Below, piece by piece: positions 10,200 to 21,944 of a stretch of DNA of 64,000 bases. A program made the translations under genes and the position numbers. The notes beneath the pieces were generated by a model, which saw only the letters and a list, made by a program, of their open reading frames with translations, was not told where the DNA came from and did not search any database. The DNA lies in assembly GCA_963798405.1 (NCBI GenBank), contig CAWCTU010000006.1:17667-81666 (forward strand), read 5' to 3'. The DNA comes from an uncultured Actinomycetota bacterium (GTDB lineage: Bacteria; Actinomycetota; Actinomycetes; Mycobacteriales; Mycobacteriaceae). The stretch's first letter is position 1, and each line of letters opens with the position of its first letter.

Positions 10200-11157
10200 C
10201 GGTCTTCTCCTCATTGTTGGTGATGACGGGGTTGTGAGTCGTGACGGGCCATGGCGGAATCGGCAGCCCGACGTCGTCGGCGAGCAGGCTCTGCACGATC
10301 GCTGCGGCGGACAGGGATCCCGCCGCGATCGCGGCGGCGACCTGGGGCATCTGGGCGCTGACATCGCCTGCGGCGAACACGCCAGGCACCGAGGTGCGAT
10401 GGAATGGGTCGATCACGATGGCGTCCTCGCTCACCGGCCCTGGCGGCGCGATCGCGACGCCGAGTTGAGCGGCCAGCGTCGACCGCTGGCGCAACGTCGA
10501 AGCGACCAGGACACCGCTACGGTCCAACCTTGCTCCGTCGGTGAACTCCACGGCTGTCAATGCGCCTGCCGCCGAGATGAATTGAGCAATCGCGCGTTCA
10601 TCGACCTCGACATCGGCGTCGAACCCGGCCGGCCCGTTGGTGAGCACGACGACGTCGTCGGTCCACCCCCGGAGCATCAGTGCCATGTGCGCTGCCCGAT
10701 CACCGCTGGCAAGCACCGCGAGTGGTTTGTCGCGCATCTCCCAACCGTGGCAGAACGGGCAGTGGAACGCCGAGGAACCCCATAGCTCGTCAAGTCCGCG
10801 AAAACTCGGCATGCGGTACTCCATGCCCGTCGCGAGCAATACCCGCCGCGTGAGTGCGTGCGAGCCGTCGGCCAGGTCGAGGACGAACCCGTCGGCGCGC
10901 GCGACGCCGGTGACGACCTCCCCCGTGCGGAACTCGACCGTCGGATACTTCCGGAGTTCCACGCGGCCTCGTTCGTACAGCTCGGCGGGCGGTCGACCAT
11001 CGTGGCCGAGTAATCCGCCGATGCCGTGCGCGGCCAGATTGCTTTGATTTCCCGCGTCCACGACCAGCGTGCGACGTCGGGCGCGCCCGAGTACGAGTGC
11101 CGCACTCAGTCCAGCCGCGCCTCCTCCGACGACGACGCAATCCCATTCGGTGTTCAT
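10186..11157 (-). CDS. NAD(P)/FAD-dependent oxidoreductase, thioredoxin-reductase-like
   Basis: VVGGGAAGLSAA, HCPFCHG (CxxC) and TSVPGVFAAGD motifs. Confidence 0.9.
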   Translation of the reverse strand: MNTEWDCVVVGGGAAGLSAALVLGRARRRTLVVDAGNQSNLAAHGIGGLLGHDGRPPAELYERGRVELRKYPTVEFRTGEVVTGVARADGFVLDLADGSHALTRRVLLATGMEYRMPSFRGLDELWGSSAFHCPFCHGWEMRDKPLAVLASGDRAAHMALMLRGWTDDVVVLTNGPAGFDADVEVDERAIAQFISAAGALTAVEFTDGARLDRSGVLVASTLRQRSTLAAQLGVAIAPPGPVSEDAIVIDPFHRTSVPGVFAAGDVSAQMPQVAAAIAAGSLSAAAIVQSLLADDVGLPIPPWPVTTHNPVITNNEEKTDAHV

Positions 11158-11204
11158 GGACTCCACCTTGCCGACCCAGACGCAATCTGCCAACATCATT
11201 TGCC

Positions 11205-11789
11205 ATGCAGGCAAAAACCGACACCGGCGAGGACTTCGATCTTCGCGTGCGCCGGCGACTCCGCGATCTGCGCACCCAGCGCGGGCTGACTCTCGAAGAG
11301 GTGGCGACCCGCGCGGACATCGACGTCTCGACACTCAGCCGTCTCGAATCCGGAAAGCGCAGACTCGCCCTGGACCACCTGCCACGCTTGGCGGCCGCGC
11401 TGTCGGTGAGCACCGACGATCTGCTTCGCGCGCCGGACGCCGAGGACCCCCGCGTGAAGGGCGCGTCGCACACCCGAGACGGCGTCACGTACTGGCCGTT
11501 GACGCGCGGCGGTCCCGCCGGGGGCCTGCACGCGTTCAAGATCCGGGTCAGCGCGCGGCGGCGCACCCCGCCGACCGACCTACGCGTGCACGACGGCCAG
11601 GAGTGGCTCTACGTCCTGTCCGGCCGACTGCGGCTTCTCCTCGGCGAGCGCGACTTCGTGATCAAACCCGGTGAGGCGGTGGAGTTCTCGACATGGACAC
11701 CGCACTGGTTCGGCGCCGTCGACGGACCGGTCGAAGCCATCGCGCTATTCGGCCCGCACGGAGAGAAGCTCCACGTTCGGAGCGATTAG
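11205..11789 (+). CDS. XRE-family HTH + cupin regulator
   Basis: LTLEEVA..STLSRLESGKR HTH; HDGQEWLYVLSG..PH cupin motif. Confidence 0.9.
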   Translation: MQAKTDTGEDFDLRVRRRLRDLRTQRGLTLEEVATRADIDVSTLSRLESGKRRLALDHLPRLAAALSVSTDDLLRAPDAEDPRVKGASHTRDGVTYWPLTRGGPAGGLHAFKIRVSARRRTPPTDLRVHDGQEWLYVLSGRLRLLLGERDFVIKPGEAVEFSTWTPHWFGAVDGPVEAIALFGPHGEKLHVRSD

Positions 11790-12880
11790 AGGCCGTCCAG
11801 ATAGGCGGTCTGGTTGACCAGTTTCACCGACGACGGACCGTCGGGGTAGAACTCGGCAATGCTCAATGACGCGAGGTCGAGATGCAGCCGGTGCAGGATG
11901 CTGGCACCCGCATCGAGGGCGAACTGCAGCATGGTCTTGATCGGCGTCACGTGCGACACCACCAGCACGGTCGCGGCGCCGTGCTCGGAGATCAGCCGGT
12001 TGCGTGCACGCCGAATGCGTTGCGCCACCGCATCGAAACTCTCACCGCCGGGTGGCGTGACGCTGGTGTCCCTCATCCAGCGCCCGTGCAGCTCGGGGTC
12101 CCGTTCGGCGGCCTCGGAGAACGTGAGACCCTCCCAGTCTCCGAAGTCGGTCTCGATGAGGTCGTCGTCGACGGTGACCTCCAGGCCGAGTGCAGCGGCC
12201 GCCGCCTCCGCAGTCTCGCGGGCACGTTGCAACGGAGAGCTGACCACGGCGGTCACGCCACCGCGCGGACCCAGATACCCTGCGGCCGCTGCGGCCTGAC
12301 GGCGACCCAGCTCGGTGAGCGCTGGATTGCCCCGCCCGGAGTAGCGGCGGTTGACGGAAAGCTCGGTTTGCCCGTGCCGCAACAACAACAGCCGCGTCGG
12401 CGCGCTGCTCACACCCCTCCAGTCGCGTAGCGATGCAGGTTCGGGGGCCGGCACCTCGGGCACCTCCGGCGTCGTCTCCCCTGCCGCGTCCATTGCCTCG
12501 TTGGCAAGCCGATCGGCATGCGAGTTCTTCTCCCGCGGGATCCAGGAGTAGCTGACGCGCTCGAAGCCGGCAGCGAGCCCTTTCGCCTGTTGGTGCAACG
12601 GAATGAGGTCGGGGTGCTTGACCCGCCACCTCCCGGACATCTGTTCCACCACCAGCTTCGAGTCCATCGACACGGCGACGTCGACGACGCCGAGCGATGC
12701 GGCCGCTTCCAAACCCGCGATCAGACCGCGATATTCGGCGACGTTGTTGGTGGCGATGCCGATCGCAGCCTTGCTCTCGGCAAGCACCCTCGACCGATCT
12801 CCCGAGAACACCACCGCTCCATAGCCCGCGGGTCCTGGATTCCCCCGCGATCCGCCGTCGGCCTCGACGATTACCGTCAC
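11786..12880 (-). CDS. rnhC: Bifunctional RNase HI / acid phosphatase (Rv2228c-like)
   Basis: EADGGSRGNPGPAG and TNNVAEY (RNase H); LLRHGQT (histidine phosphatase). Confidence 0.92.
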   Translation of the reverse strand: MTVIVEADGGSRGNPGPAGYGAVVFSGDRSRVLAESKAAIGIATNNVAEYRGLIAGLEAAASLGVVDVAVSMDSKLVVEQMSGRWRVKHPDLIPLHQQAKGLAAGFERVSYSWIPREKNSHADRLANEAMDAAGETTPEVPEVPAPEPASLRDWRGVSSAPTRLLLLRHGQTELSVNRRYSGRGNPALTELGRRQAAAAAGYLGPRGGVTAVVSSPLQRARETAEAAAAALGLEVTVDDDLIETDFGDWEGLTFSEAAERDPELHGRWMRDTSVTPPGGESFDAVAQRIRRARNRLISEHGAATVLVVSHVTPIKTMLQFALDAGASILHRLHLDLASLSIAEFYPDGPSSVKLVNQTAYLDGL

Positions 12881-13615
12881 TGACCTGATTCCTTGAACCG
12901 CAACAGGATTGCGCTGCACTCCGGGCAGCGAAGCACCTCGTCCTCCGCTGCGGCCGTGATGCGGGCCATTTCGCCTCGGTCGATCTCGATCCGGCAGGCG
13001 CCACATCGACGTCCCTGCAACAGGCCGGCGCCCGGTCCGCCACGGCTGCGCTGGCGATCGTAGGCCGTGAGTCAGATCGGCATCCAGTACGGCCGCCAGC
13101 TGGGCGCGATGCGACGACAGCTGGTGTCGCGACTGTTCGATCGCCACCATGGCCTCGTCGCGCGTCGACTGCGCCGCGGACATCTTGGACTGGAGCTCGT
13201 CGATGACGCTCAACTGCGCGGCCTGGTCGTTCTGCAGCTCTTCGCGACGCTCCATGACCTCGAGCAGCGAATCCTCGAGACTCGACTGGCGCCGCTCCAG
13301 GGTCTCGAGTTCGTGCTGCAGTTCCGTGAGCTGCTTGGCGTTCACGGACCCCGAGTCGAGCGCCGTGCGGTCCTTGTCCTCGCGTTGGCGCACCGAGTCG
13401 ATCTCCGCCTCGAACTTCGCGACCTCGGCGTCGAGATCCTCGAGCGCGATGTTCGTGGTGGCCAGGCGATCGTTCGCCTCGCCGTATTCGGCAACCACGG
13501 CATCGAGCGCCTGTTGTTCGGCGAGGTTCTTCGCCCGATGCTCGAGGCGGCCCACCTCGGCATCGAGATCGGTCAGTTCGACCAGTGAACGTTGTTGTAC
13601 GACGTCAGCTTTCAT
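12877..13615 (-). CDS. Coiled-coil zinc-ribbon protein (Rv2229c-like); frameshift near 13065
   Basis: Long coiled coil; CGACRI..RCPECSAIL zinc ribbon in the shifted frame. Confidence 0.85.
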
Positions 13616-13625
13616 ACTTCTCTCT

Positions 13626-14753
13626 TCATGGCGCAGGGGTCTTGACGTTCCAGGGATCGGTGCGGACGGAACTGACCCGCACCTCTACGGACTCGGCGAA
13701 CCGGCGACGCAGGAGCGCCGCCGCTTGGCCGCACCACGGATACTCACTCGCCCAGTGTGCGACGTCGACGAGTGCAACGTCCGATGCTCGGCGATGCTCG
13801 TCGGCGGGGTGATGGCGCAGGTCGGCCGTGACGTACGCCTGCACGTCGGCGTCGGCGACGACGTCCAGTAGCGAATCGCCCGCTCCTCCGCACACCGCAA
13901 CGCGCGAGACGACCGCATCGGGATCCCCTGCAGCGCGAATCCCCCAGACCGTTGTCGGCAAGGCAGATTCGACACGGGACACGAAGGCCGACAACGGCTC
14001 TGGTTCGGGCACAGTGCAGATCCGACCGATTCCCACGGCGCTGGGCAGCGGTGCCGCGGAGAAGACGCCGAACGCCGGCTCCTCGTACGGGTGTGCCGCG
14101 CGCATCGCCGCCAGCACGGCTCCGCGCAACGCCGAGGGTGCGACGAGCTCCATGCGCTCCTCGGCCAACCGTTCGAGGGAACCGACGGTGCCGATCGTCG
14201 GGGACGCACCCGTCAGCGGAAGGAACTGTCCCGTCCCTTGAACCGACCAGCAGCAGTGGGAGTAGTCGCCGATCTTTCCTGCGCCCGCCTCGAACAGGGC
14301 TTCCCGCAAGGCATCTGCGTCGGCGACCGGGACGTACACCACCCAGGTATCGAGCCGGCCATCCTCGCGCGCCGGCGACAACGGGCCGTCCACGGTGAGG
14401 CCCAACGTCTCGGCCAGCGCATCGGACACCCCCGGCGATGCGGCGTCGGCATTGGTGTGGGCGGTGAACAGGGCGCTGCCGCCGCGAATCAGCCGGTGCA
14501 GCAGGGAGCCCTTCGCGGTGCTGGCGGCAACGGTGTCGACCCCGCGCAGAAGCAAGGGATGGTGCGCCAGCAGCAGCCCGCGTTCGGGCACCTCGGCGAC
14601 GACCTCGGCGGTCGCGTCGACGGCGATGGTGATGGAGTCGACATCATCGTCGGGGTCTCCGCACACCAGTCCGACCGAGTCCCAATCAGCGGCGAGGTGT
14701 GGCGGATAGGCGCCGTCCAGCACGTCGATCACGTCGGCCAGCCTGACGCTCAC
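13626..14753 (-). CDS. Nif3-like dinuclear metal centre protein (Rv2230c-like)
   Basis: DWDSVGL, AHHPLL, HTNAD, HPYEEPA and AHWASE motifs. Confidence 0.92.
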   Translation of the reverse strand: MSVRLADVIDVLDGAYPPHLAADWDSVGLVCGDPDDDVDSITIAVDATAEVVAEVPERGLLLAHHPLLLRGVDTVAASTAKGSLLHRLIRGGSALFTAHTNADAASPGVSDALAETLGLTVDGPLSPAREDGRLDTWVVYVPVADADALREALFEAGAGKIGDYSHCCWSVQGTGQFLPLTGASPTIGTVGSLERLAEERMELVAPSALRGAVLAAMRAAHPYEEPAFGVFSAAPLPSAVGIGRICTVPEPEPLSAFVSRVESALPTTVWGIRAAGDPDAVVSRVAVCGGAGDSLLDVVADADVQAYVTADLRHHPADEHRRASDVALVDVAHWASEYPWCGQAAALLRRRFAESVEVRVSSVRTDPWNVKTPAP

Positions 14754-15772
14754 TGCGTCACCTCCACGATCGCGTCGAGCAGGGTCCGGCCATTCCCGTC
14801 GCACCGCGACGCGCAGATGATCGCCGTCGAGTCCGACGAAGGTGTCGCAGCGCCGAACGGCGATTCCCTTGGCATGCAGCTTCTTTCGCATGAGATCGGC
14901 GTCGGCGACACGCGAACAACACGTAGGGGGCGCGGCCGTCGACGACGTCGAGCCCAGCTGCCGAGAAGGCCGCCGCCATCTCGGTCCGCATCGCTGCCAG
15001 CCGAGCGGCGCAGTCGGCGGCCTCGGCGACGGCCTCCGGCGAGCAGCACGCCGCGACAGCTTCGAGTTGCAGCGTGCCCAGCGGCCAGTGCGGGCGCTCG
15101 TTCGTCAACCTGGCCAGCACGTCGGCGGCGCCGAGCGCGTAGCCGACGCGAAGGCCCGCCAGTGCCCACGTCTTGGTGAGGCTGCGCAACACGACGACGC
15201 CATCGCTCGGCATGCCGCGGCAAGCGATTCGGGCTCGCCAGGGATCGCATCCGCGAACGCCTCGTCGACGACAACGATGCGGCCGGGCCTGCACAGCGCC
15301 AGGATCTGGTCGCGGGTGTGGAGCACCGACGTCGGATTCGTCGGATTCCCGAGCACGACGAGGTCGGCACCGTCGGGAACGTCGGCCCCCGCCAACGAGA
15401 AGGGCGGATCGAGCACGACGTGGTGCACCGGCACGCCCGCGGCCACCAGAGCAGCTTCGGGTTCGGTGAACGACGGCGCCACCAACGCCGCAAGCGGGGC
15501 CGCAAGCGTGGCAGCAGTGCGAATCCCTCGGCGCCGCCGGCGAGTAGGGCTACCTCGTCCTCGCCGCGACCGTGCCGGAGCGCAACGGCCCTGGTGGCGC
15601 GTCGAACGTCGTCGGCACTCGGGTAGTGCGCGAGATCGCGCAGCCGTGCGGCCAGGCGCTCGACCAGCCAGGACGGCGGCTCCTCGGAGCGCACGTTCAC
15701 GGCGAAATCCAGCATGCCGGGCGCGGCGGCCTGATCACCGTGGTAGCGGGCGGCGTCCCGTGGCTGACCCAC
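14750..15772 (-). CDS. cobC: PLP-dependent CobC-type aminotransferase/decarboxylase (Rv2231c-like); several frameshifts
   Basis: RYHGDQ..LDFAVNV, GNPTNPT, VVDEAF and [16 protein letters not shown] spread over several frames. Confidence 0.85.
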   Translation of the reverse strand: MGQPRDAARYHGDQAAAPGMLDFAVNVRSEEPPSWLVERLAARLRDLAHYPSADDVRRATRAVALRHGRGEDEVALLAGGAEGFALLPRLRPRLRRWWRRRSPNPKLLWWPRACRCTTSCSIRPSRWRGPTFPTVPTSSCSGIRRIRRRCSTPATRSWRCAGPAASLSSTRRSRMRSLASPNRLPRHAERWRRRVAQPHQDVGTGGPSRRLRARRRRRAGQVDERAPALAAGHAATRSCRGVLLAGGRRRGRRLRRSAGSDADRDGGGLLGSWARRRRRPRPLRVVRVSPTPISCERSCMPRESPFGAATPSSDSTAIICASRCDGNGRTLLDAIVEVTQ

Positions 15773-15819
15773 ATCACGACAGTAGTGCGCCGACTCCGGG
15801 CCCAGGCACATCGGGGACA

Positions 15820-16477
15820 ATGGCGGGTGTGAGCCCCGAACTGGTGATCTTCGACCTCGACGGAACGCTGACCGATTCGGCCGAGGGAATCGTCTCCAGC
15901 TTCCGTCACGCCCTCGGCGAGGTCGGCGCGCCCGTTCCCGACGGAGACCTGGCGGGCCGCATCGTCGGGCCACCCATGCACGTCACCCTTACGGCGATGG
16001 GCCTCGGGGCGCGCGCGGACGAGGCGATCGCCGCCTACCGGGCCGACTACACGACCAGGGGCTGGGCGATGAACAGCGTCTTCGACGGCGTCCCCGCACT
16101 GCTCGCCGATCTGCGAGCCGCCGGGGTGCGGCTGGCCGTCGCCACGTCGAAGGCCGAGCCCACCGCCAAGAAGATCATCGAGCACTTCGGGCTCGACGAC
16201 CACTTCGAGGTGATCGCGGGGGCGAGCCCGGACGGGGTGCGATCGTCGAAGTCCGACGTGGTCGCCCATGCGATCGCCCAGTTGGAGCCGCTGCCCCTGC
16301 ACGTCCTCATGGTCGGCGACCGTGCCCACGACGTGGAGGGTGCCGCCGCACACGGGATCGACACCGTCGTCGTCGAATGGGGTTATGGCGCAGACGATTT
16401 CGATCGATTACGTCTCCGCGATGCCGCTGAAGCACGTGGCCACCGTCGCCGATCTGCGCGAGGTGCTCGGTGTCTAG
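15820..16477 (+). CDS. ptkA: HAD-family hydrolase (Rv2232/PtkA-like); frameshift near 16405
   Basis: IFDLDGTLTDS, VATSK and MVGDRAHD motifs; lies directly upstream of ptpA. Confidence 0.85.
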
Positions 16478-16971
16478 CGCGGGCCCGCTGCACGTGACCT
16501 TCGTCTGCTCGGGCAACATCTGCCGGTCCCCGATGGCGGAGAAGATGTTCGCCCACCAGATCGACGAGCGCGGCCTCGCGCACGTGGTCAGGGTGTCCAG
16601 CGGCGGCACCGGCAGTTGGCACGCGGGTGGTCCCGCCGACGACAGGGCCAACCAGGTGCTTCGGGCGCACGGCTATCCGACCCAGCACAGCGCCGCGCAG
16701 ATCCACGACGACCACCTGGCCGCAGACCTGATCGTGGCGATGGGCCGCAACCACACCCGGATGCTGCGTGAACCTCGGCGCTCCCCCGACTCGGATCCGG
16801 ATGCTGCGCTCGTTCGACCCCCGCTCGGGGGCACACGCCCTGGACGTCGAGGATCCGTACTACGGCACGACGGACGACTTCGAGGAGACCTTCGACGTCA
16901 TCGAGACATCGCTACCCGGCCTGCACGCGTGGGTGGACGAACAACTCGCCGAGCGGGGAATCGCCAGCTGA
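16470..16971 (+). CDS. ptpA: Low-molecular-weight protein tyrosine phosphatase; frameshift near 16770
   Basis: FVCSGNICRSP (CX5R) and DVEDPYYG motifs. Confidence 0.92.
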
Positions 16972-17803
16972 TGGCGCGCTTCGGGTTCCTGCTGCGGCCG
17001 CAATGGCTGGCGCTCTACGTCGTGGTGCTCGGGTTCGCCTATCTCTGCTTCACCGTGCTGGCGCCGTGGCAACTCGGCAAGAACACGAAGACCTCGCGTG
17101 AGAACGACCAGATCACCAGCTCGTTGTCCGCAGACCCCGTGCCGGTGACGACGGTCCTACCGCGACAGGACTCGTCCGCCCCCGACGACCAGTGGAAGCG
17201 GGTCACCGCGACGGGGCGCTACCATCCCGCAGTCCCAGGTGATCGCCCGGCTTCGGATGGTCGAGGGCGAGCCGGCATTCGAGGTGCTGGCGCCGTTCAC
17301 GGTCGACGGCGGCCCCACCGTGCTGGTCGACCGCGGCTACGTCCGACCGGATCCGGGCTCGAAGGCCCCGGACATGGCCGCTCTGCCAACGGGGACCGTG
17401 ACCATCGTGGCGCGACTGCGGGACTCCGAAGCCGTCAACCCCGGCAAGGACCCGTTCCGGCAGGACGGCTGGCAGCAGGTCTATTCGATCAACACCGATC
17501 AGGTCGCCGCGGTGACGGGTGTCCCGCTCGCCGGCTCCTACCTGCAGCTCGTCGACGATCAGCCCGGCGGCCTCGGCGTCATCGGCCTGCCACACCTCGA
17601 TGCGGGCCCGTTCCTGTCGTACGGGATCCAGTGGATCGCCTTCGGCATCATCGCGCCGATCGGGGTCGGCTACTTCGTCCTGGCCGAAGTGCGGCAGCGA
17701 CGTCTGGAGAAGGCTGCTAGCGACGACGTCCGTCGCGGCCGCCAAGGAAAGACCGCCGACTGCCGAGGAGAAGCTCGCCGACCGGTACGGCCGACGGCAC
17801 TGA
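16971..17803 (+). CDS. SURF1 family protein (Rv2235-like); frameshifted
   Basis: LAPWQLGK, VLVDRGYV and GPFLSYGIQWIAF motifs. Confidence 0.85.
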
Positions 17804-17806
17804 CCG

Positions 17807-18751
17807 TCACCGCGACGACGACCGCGAGCGCGACCACGACGCGCGACAGCACGACCGACCCTCGTCAGGTCGTCGACGCCCGGAGATGCGGCCGTCGCCG
17901 AGCGCGGGCCTGAGCTCGAGGCCGTGGGCGTACTGCGTCGGCCCGCCAAGGCGTACGTCCAGCGCCCCCGCGAAGCCTGCCTCCACCACGCCCGCGTTCG
18001 GACTCGGATGGCTGGCCGCGTCGCGGCGCCACGCGGCCAGCGAGGTCAGTGCCGAACCACCGACGATGGGCGCGCACTGCGGCCACCAGCAGACCCGTCA
18101 TCCGCGCAGGCAGGTAATTCATGACGTCGTCGAGTCTCGCTGCAGCCCAGCCGAACCGGCGATATCGGGGAGATCGGTGACCGATCATCGCGTCGAGCGT
18201 GTTGATGCCGCGATAGGTCAGCAGTCCGGGCACTCCGCCCACCGCGCCCCACCACAGCGGCGCCACCGCGGCGTCAGAGGTGTTCTCCGCGACGGATTCG
18301 AGCGCGGCCCGCGCCAGGCCCGCGGCGTCCAACGACTCGGGGTCGCGACCGCACAGGGACGGGCAGCAGCGCGCGCGCCGAGGCAACGTCGTCCCGCTCC
18401 AGGAGGTCTGCCATCTCGGCACCCGTTCGCGCCAGGGACGTGCCGCCGAGGGCGACGTACGTCGCCGCGGCGGTACACGCCGTGGTCCACGCGGCACCTC
18501 GCCGACTCGCCACCCGCTCGCCTGCCACGCCGGCCGCCGCGAGCCCACCGATCAAGACCCCCACGTGCGCAACGCCCGGCCATCCGGTTGTCGGCGTAGG
18601 TCAGCCGCTCGAGGCGCGCCGCGCCGCTGCCGAACAGCGCCACCGGATGTCCGCGACGCGGGTCGGCCAGTATCAGGTCCGCCAGATAACCCAGTGCGAT
18701 ACCGACCGCTCGGCCGCTGCGCATCGGTACGAGCAGTCCGGCCACAAACAC
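17807..18751 (-). CDS. cobD: Cobalamin biosynthesis protein CobD/CbiB; frameshifted
   Basis: [22 protein letters not shown] and [22 protein letters not shown] motifs. Confidence 0.88.
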
Positions 18752-18787
18752 TTCGGCAGGGTCTCACGAGGTGATGTACTCGACCTC

Positions 18788-19615
18788 ATGAGGTTCGGTC
18801 CTGCACGGCGGCCGAGGCGGGTCGTCGACCTGCTCAACCCCGCGGCGGCACTTCTTCCCGCGGCGAACGTCATCATGCAGCTGTCGTCACCCGGCGTCGG
18901 ATATGGCGTGGTCGAGAGCCCGGTCGACACGGGCAATGTCTTCGAGCATCCGTTCAAGCGCGCACGCACCACGGGCACGTATCTCGCCGCGGCCACCCTG
19001 GGCACCGACGCCGACCGCGCCCTGATCCGCGCCGAAGTCGACAGGGTGCACGCCCAGGTTCGATCGAGTTCATCAAGCCCGTTGTCCTACAACGCATTCG
19101 ATCCGAATCTTCAACTCTGGGTGGCGGCGTGCCTCTACCGGTACTACATCGACATGCACGAGTCCCTCTACGGACCGCTGGACGACGACGCCGCGGACGC
19201 GATCTATCGGGATGCAGCCAGGCTGGGCACCACGCTTCAGGTCCGCGCCAGCATGTGGCCCGCCGACCGGGCGGCGTTCGCTGAGTTCTGGAAACGATCG
19301 CTCGACGAGCTGCGGATCGATCCGCCCGTTCGCGAACACCTATACGGCGTAGCGGCACTCGCCTTTCTGCCCGCTCCGCTAAGACTGCTCGCGGGCCGGT
19401 TCAATCTGTTCGCGACGACCGGATTTCTTCCACCGGAGTTCCGCGAACACATGCGTCTGTCATGGACGCCGAGCCAGCAGCGGCGATTCGACTGGCTGCT
19501 GTCGGGGTTGCGCATCGCCGACCGCGTCATACCCCGCGACCTGTGGATCCTCGGCTACCAGCTATACCTGTGGGACATGCGAACGCGCGCACGCCATGGC
19601 AGACCGGTGGTCTAG
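18788..19615 (+). CDS. Oxygenase MpaB family (DUF2236; Rv2237-like)
   Basis: [20 protein letters not shown] and [16 protein letters not shown] motifs. Confidence 0.88.
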   Translation: MRFGPARRPRRVVDLLNPAAALLPAANVIMQLSSPGVGYGVVESPVDTGNVFEHPFKRARTTGTYLAAATLGTDADRALIRAEVDRVHAQVRSSSSSPLSYNAFDPNLQLWVAACLYRYYIDMHESLYGPLDDDAADAIYRDAARLGTTLQVRASMWPADRAAFAEFWKRSLDELRIDPPVREHLYGVAALAFLPAPLRLLAGRFNLFATTGFLPPEFREHMRLSWTPSQQRRFDWLLSGLRIADRVIPRDLWILGYQLYLWDMRTRARHGRPVV

Positions 19616-19784
19616 ACGTCGCGAGATCGTGACCGAATGCGAGAATGTTAATTCACTGAAATGCTGCGATACTTCTCAGTACGTACTCGAAAAGCTGGTG
19701 CGCTGACCGGAACGTCAATAACATTCCGGCAAACTGCCGACCTCGCGATGTGGATTTCATCGCACGAACTGACAGGGTGACTCA

Positions 19785-21187
19785 ATGGACTTCGGGTCAT
19801 TGGACTTCGAGACGTGGCGGCTCGTCGGACTGGGTTTCCTGACACTGGGCGCGCTGGCGACCGTCATCGCGATCGTGGCGATCATCATCATGTTCCGCGA
19901 TGGCGGCACCGATGACGGTCGCCGATACAGCCGAAGCGCAGTACGACGACGACGAGGCCGACGAAGACGACCGAGACGACGTCGAGGACGCGACGACTGA
20001 CGAGGACGACGATCGGCGAGGACGACGACCACGACGTCGAGGACCGGCGCACGAAGGTCTCCGCCGGGCCCACCTCACGCGAACGCGACAGCGGCCCATC
20101 GTCCACGTCGTTGGGCCTCACCGGTGCGCGCGAGAGCCTGTTCACCGTGCCGTCGAGCGATTCGCCACGCCAGCCGATCCGCTCTACGCGAGACGAACCC
20201 CACGTCCCGTCGCCCGACTGGTACGAGTATGCGGACGTCGTGGACCCCAAACCCGTCGGTGACCTCGATGACGACCTGGTCGAGGCACTCGAGGCCACCG
20301 CCAGGCGGAACCGCCACCCGCGCCACCCGTACCGCCTGCCGCTGCCGGTATCGGAGCAATCGGTTGCGCCGGTACGTCCAGAGCCTCGACGGGCCTCTCG
20401 CTGGTTCGAAGACGCCGCGGGCGACGGGGATGAGAAGGCTGGCTCCGACCCGGCGCCGGCAGTCTCCCCCGTGAAGTTCCCGTGGGAGCAGACCCCGGCG
20501 CAGACGAGCGTGGCACCGGAGCGACCCGTCGCCCCGACGCGACGAGAAGAACCGCAGCCGCCCGCACGAGCGGCCCGAAGAGCGCGCGGACACCAGCGTC
20601 ATCGAGGCCGTCCCCGACGGCCCCCTCACGGCACTCGGAGACCCGCACCGCGACACCGGAGCCGCCCGCTCGCCAAGAGGCTCAGCAGCCGCGCCGCCGA
20701 GCAGTACGTCGACCGCAGCCGACACCGGCGCCACCGAAGCGGTCCCCGCCGCAGTCTCCGCCCGTCGGAACGCACGCCCACCGATCACCGCATCCGCCGC
20801 TGCCGGAGCGCGAAGAGTCGGACTCGCCCGCGGCCGACTGGTACGACGACCCCGATGGTTCTGGCGGCGAACGATGGTGGGACGGGAAGGGCTGGACGAG
20901 GCACCGCAGGCCTAGGTCCGGATCGCCTGCGACGACGGACACCGGTCGGCTGCGTGCCGCCAGGCCACAGGCAGCCCCGCCCACGCTGCCGACGCGCGAC
21001 GGAACGCCCCAGCGACGGGACCTGCCGACGCAGGGTGGCCAGGCCGCCTCGCGTCCGCCCGGGCTGGTATCGGGACCCGTCCGGCTCAGGCGACCGCCGG
21101 TTCTGGGACGGCTCGCAGTGGACGAACGGAACTGACTCAGCGGGCAACGAGCTCATCGCGTGTTCAGCGCGACGGCCTCGCGGATGA
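19785..21187 (+). CDS. Membrane-anchored acidic/Pro-rich protein with two DUF2510-type motifs; several frameshifts
   Basis: N-terminal TM helix and D/E-rich tract; ADWYDDPDGSGGERWWDGKGWT and PGWYRDPSGSGDRRFWDGSQWT repeats. Confidence 0.6.
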
Positions 21188-21528
21188 GTCGCCTTGAACG
21201 CCGTTCTGATCGATCGTCGTCGGTCTCGCAGACGTCGATGGCACGCCTGGCGTTGCCGTCGAGGCTCGAGTTGAACAGTCCCGCGGGGTCGTCCAAGCGA
21301 GGCGCCCTTGGCGAACGTCACCTTGACCTTGTCCTTGTAAGTCTCACCCGGTGCAGAGCATTCCGTCGTGATACCACGTTGGAACGCCCCGCCACTTCCA
21401 CTCCTCGACGACGTCGGGGTCGGCCTGCTTGATGAGCTTGCGGATCAGGGCCAGCGTGTCGCCGCGCCAGTCGCCCAGCTCCTTGATCCTGCGCGTCGAT
21501 CTTCTGTGCCGGTGCGTCTCTCTGCCAT
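21153..21528 (-). CDS. DUF1801 (YdhG-like) protein; heavily frameshifted, absent from ORF track
   Basis: Reconstruction across frames gives IKELGDWRGDTLALIRKLIKQADPDVVEEWKWRGVPTWYHDG..KVTFAKGASL..GLFNSSLDGNARRAID. Confidence 0.8.
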
Positions 21529-21939
21529 CAGCGCAACTCCTGGATCTTGATCATGTTGCCTGCTGGGTCGCGCACCGAGCAGTCGCGAATTCCGTACGGC
21601 TGTTCGGTCGGTTCTTCGACGATCTCGGCGCCGTCGGCCTGCAGTTTCGCGAACACTCCGTCGAGGTCCTTGGTCGCCAGCATGAGGATCGCGTAGGTGC
21701 CCTTGGCCATCATCTCGGTGATGGTGCGGCGCTCGTCGTCGGTGATGCCAGGGTCGACGGCGGGCGGCGTCAGGACGATGGCGGTGGCGGCTTCATCGGC
21801 GGGGCCGACGGTGATCCAGCGCATCTTGCCGCCGCCGACGTCCAGGCGGACCTCGAAGCCCAGCGTGTCGCGATAGAACGCCAGGGACGCCTCCGGGTCG
21901 TCGTGCGGGAAGGAAGGTGCTGTGAATGCTGATGTCCAT
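21528..21939 (-). CDS. VOC/glyoxalase family protein; frameshift near 21905
   Basis: MDISIHSTFL.., RWITVGP and EQPYGIRDCSVRDPAGN motifs. Confidence 0.88.
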
Positions 21940-21944
21940 GCGAG

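Noticed and set aside
11786-13615. 609-aa ORF that looks like a coiled-coil/RNase H/phosphatase fusion
   Set aside because: A frameshift near 13065 joins two genes; the zinc-ribbon C-terminus and its own stop (12877) lie in another frame.
19616-19784. Lower-GC spacer as an att site or sRNA
   Set aside because: No convincing copy of the tRNA 3' end; only a short GCGATG/CATCGC hairpin, which is too little support.
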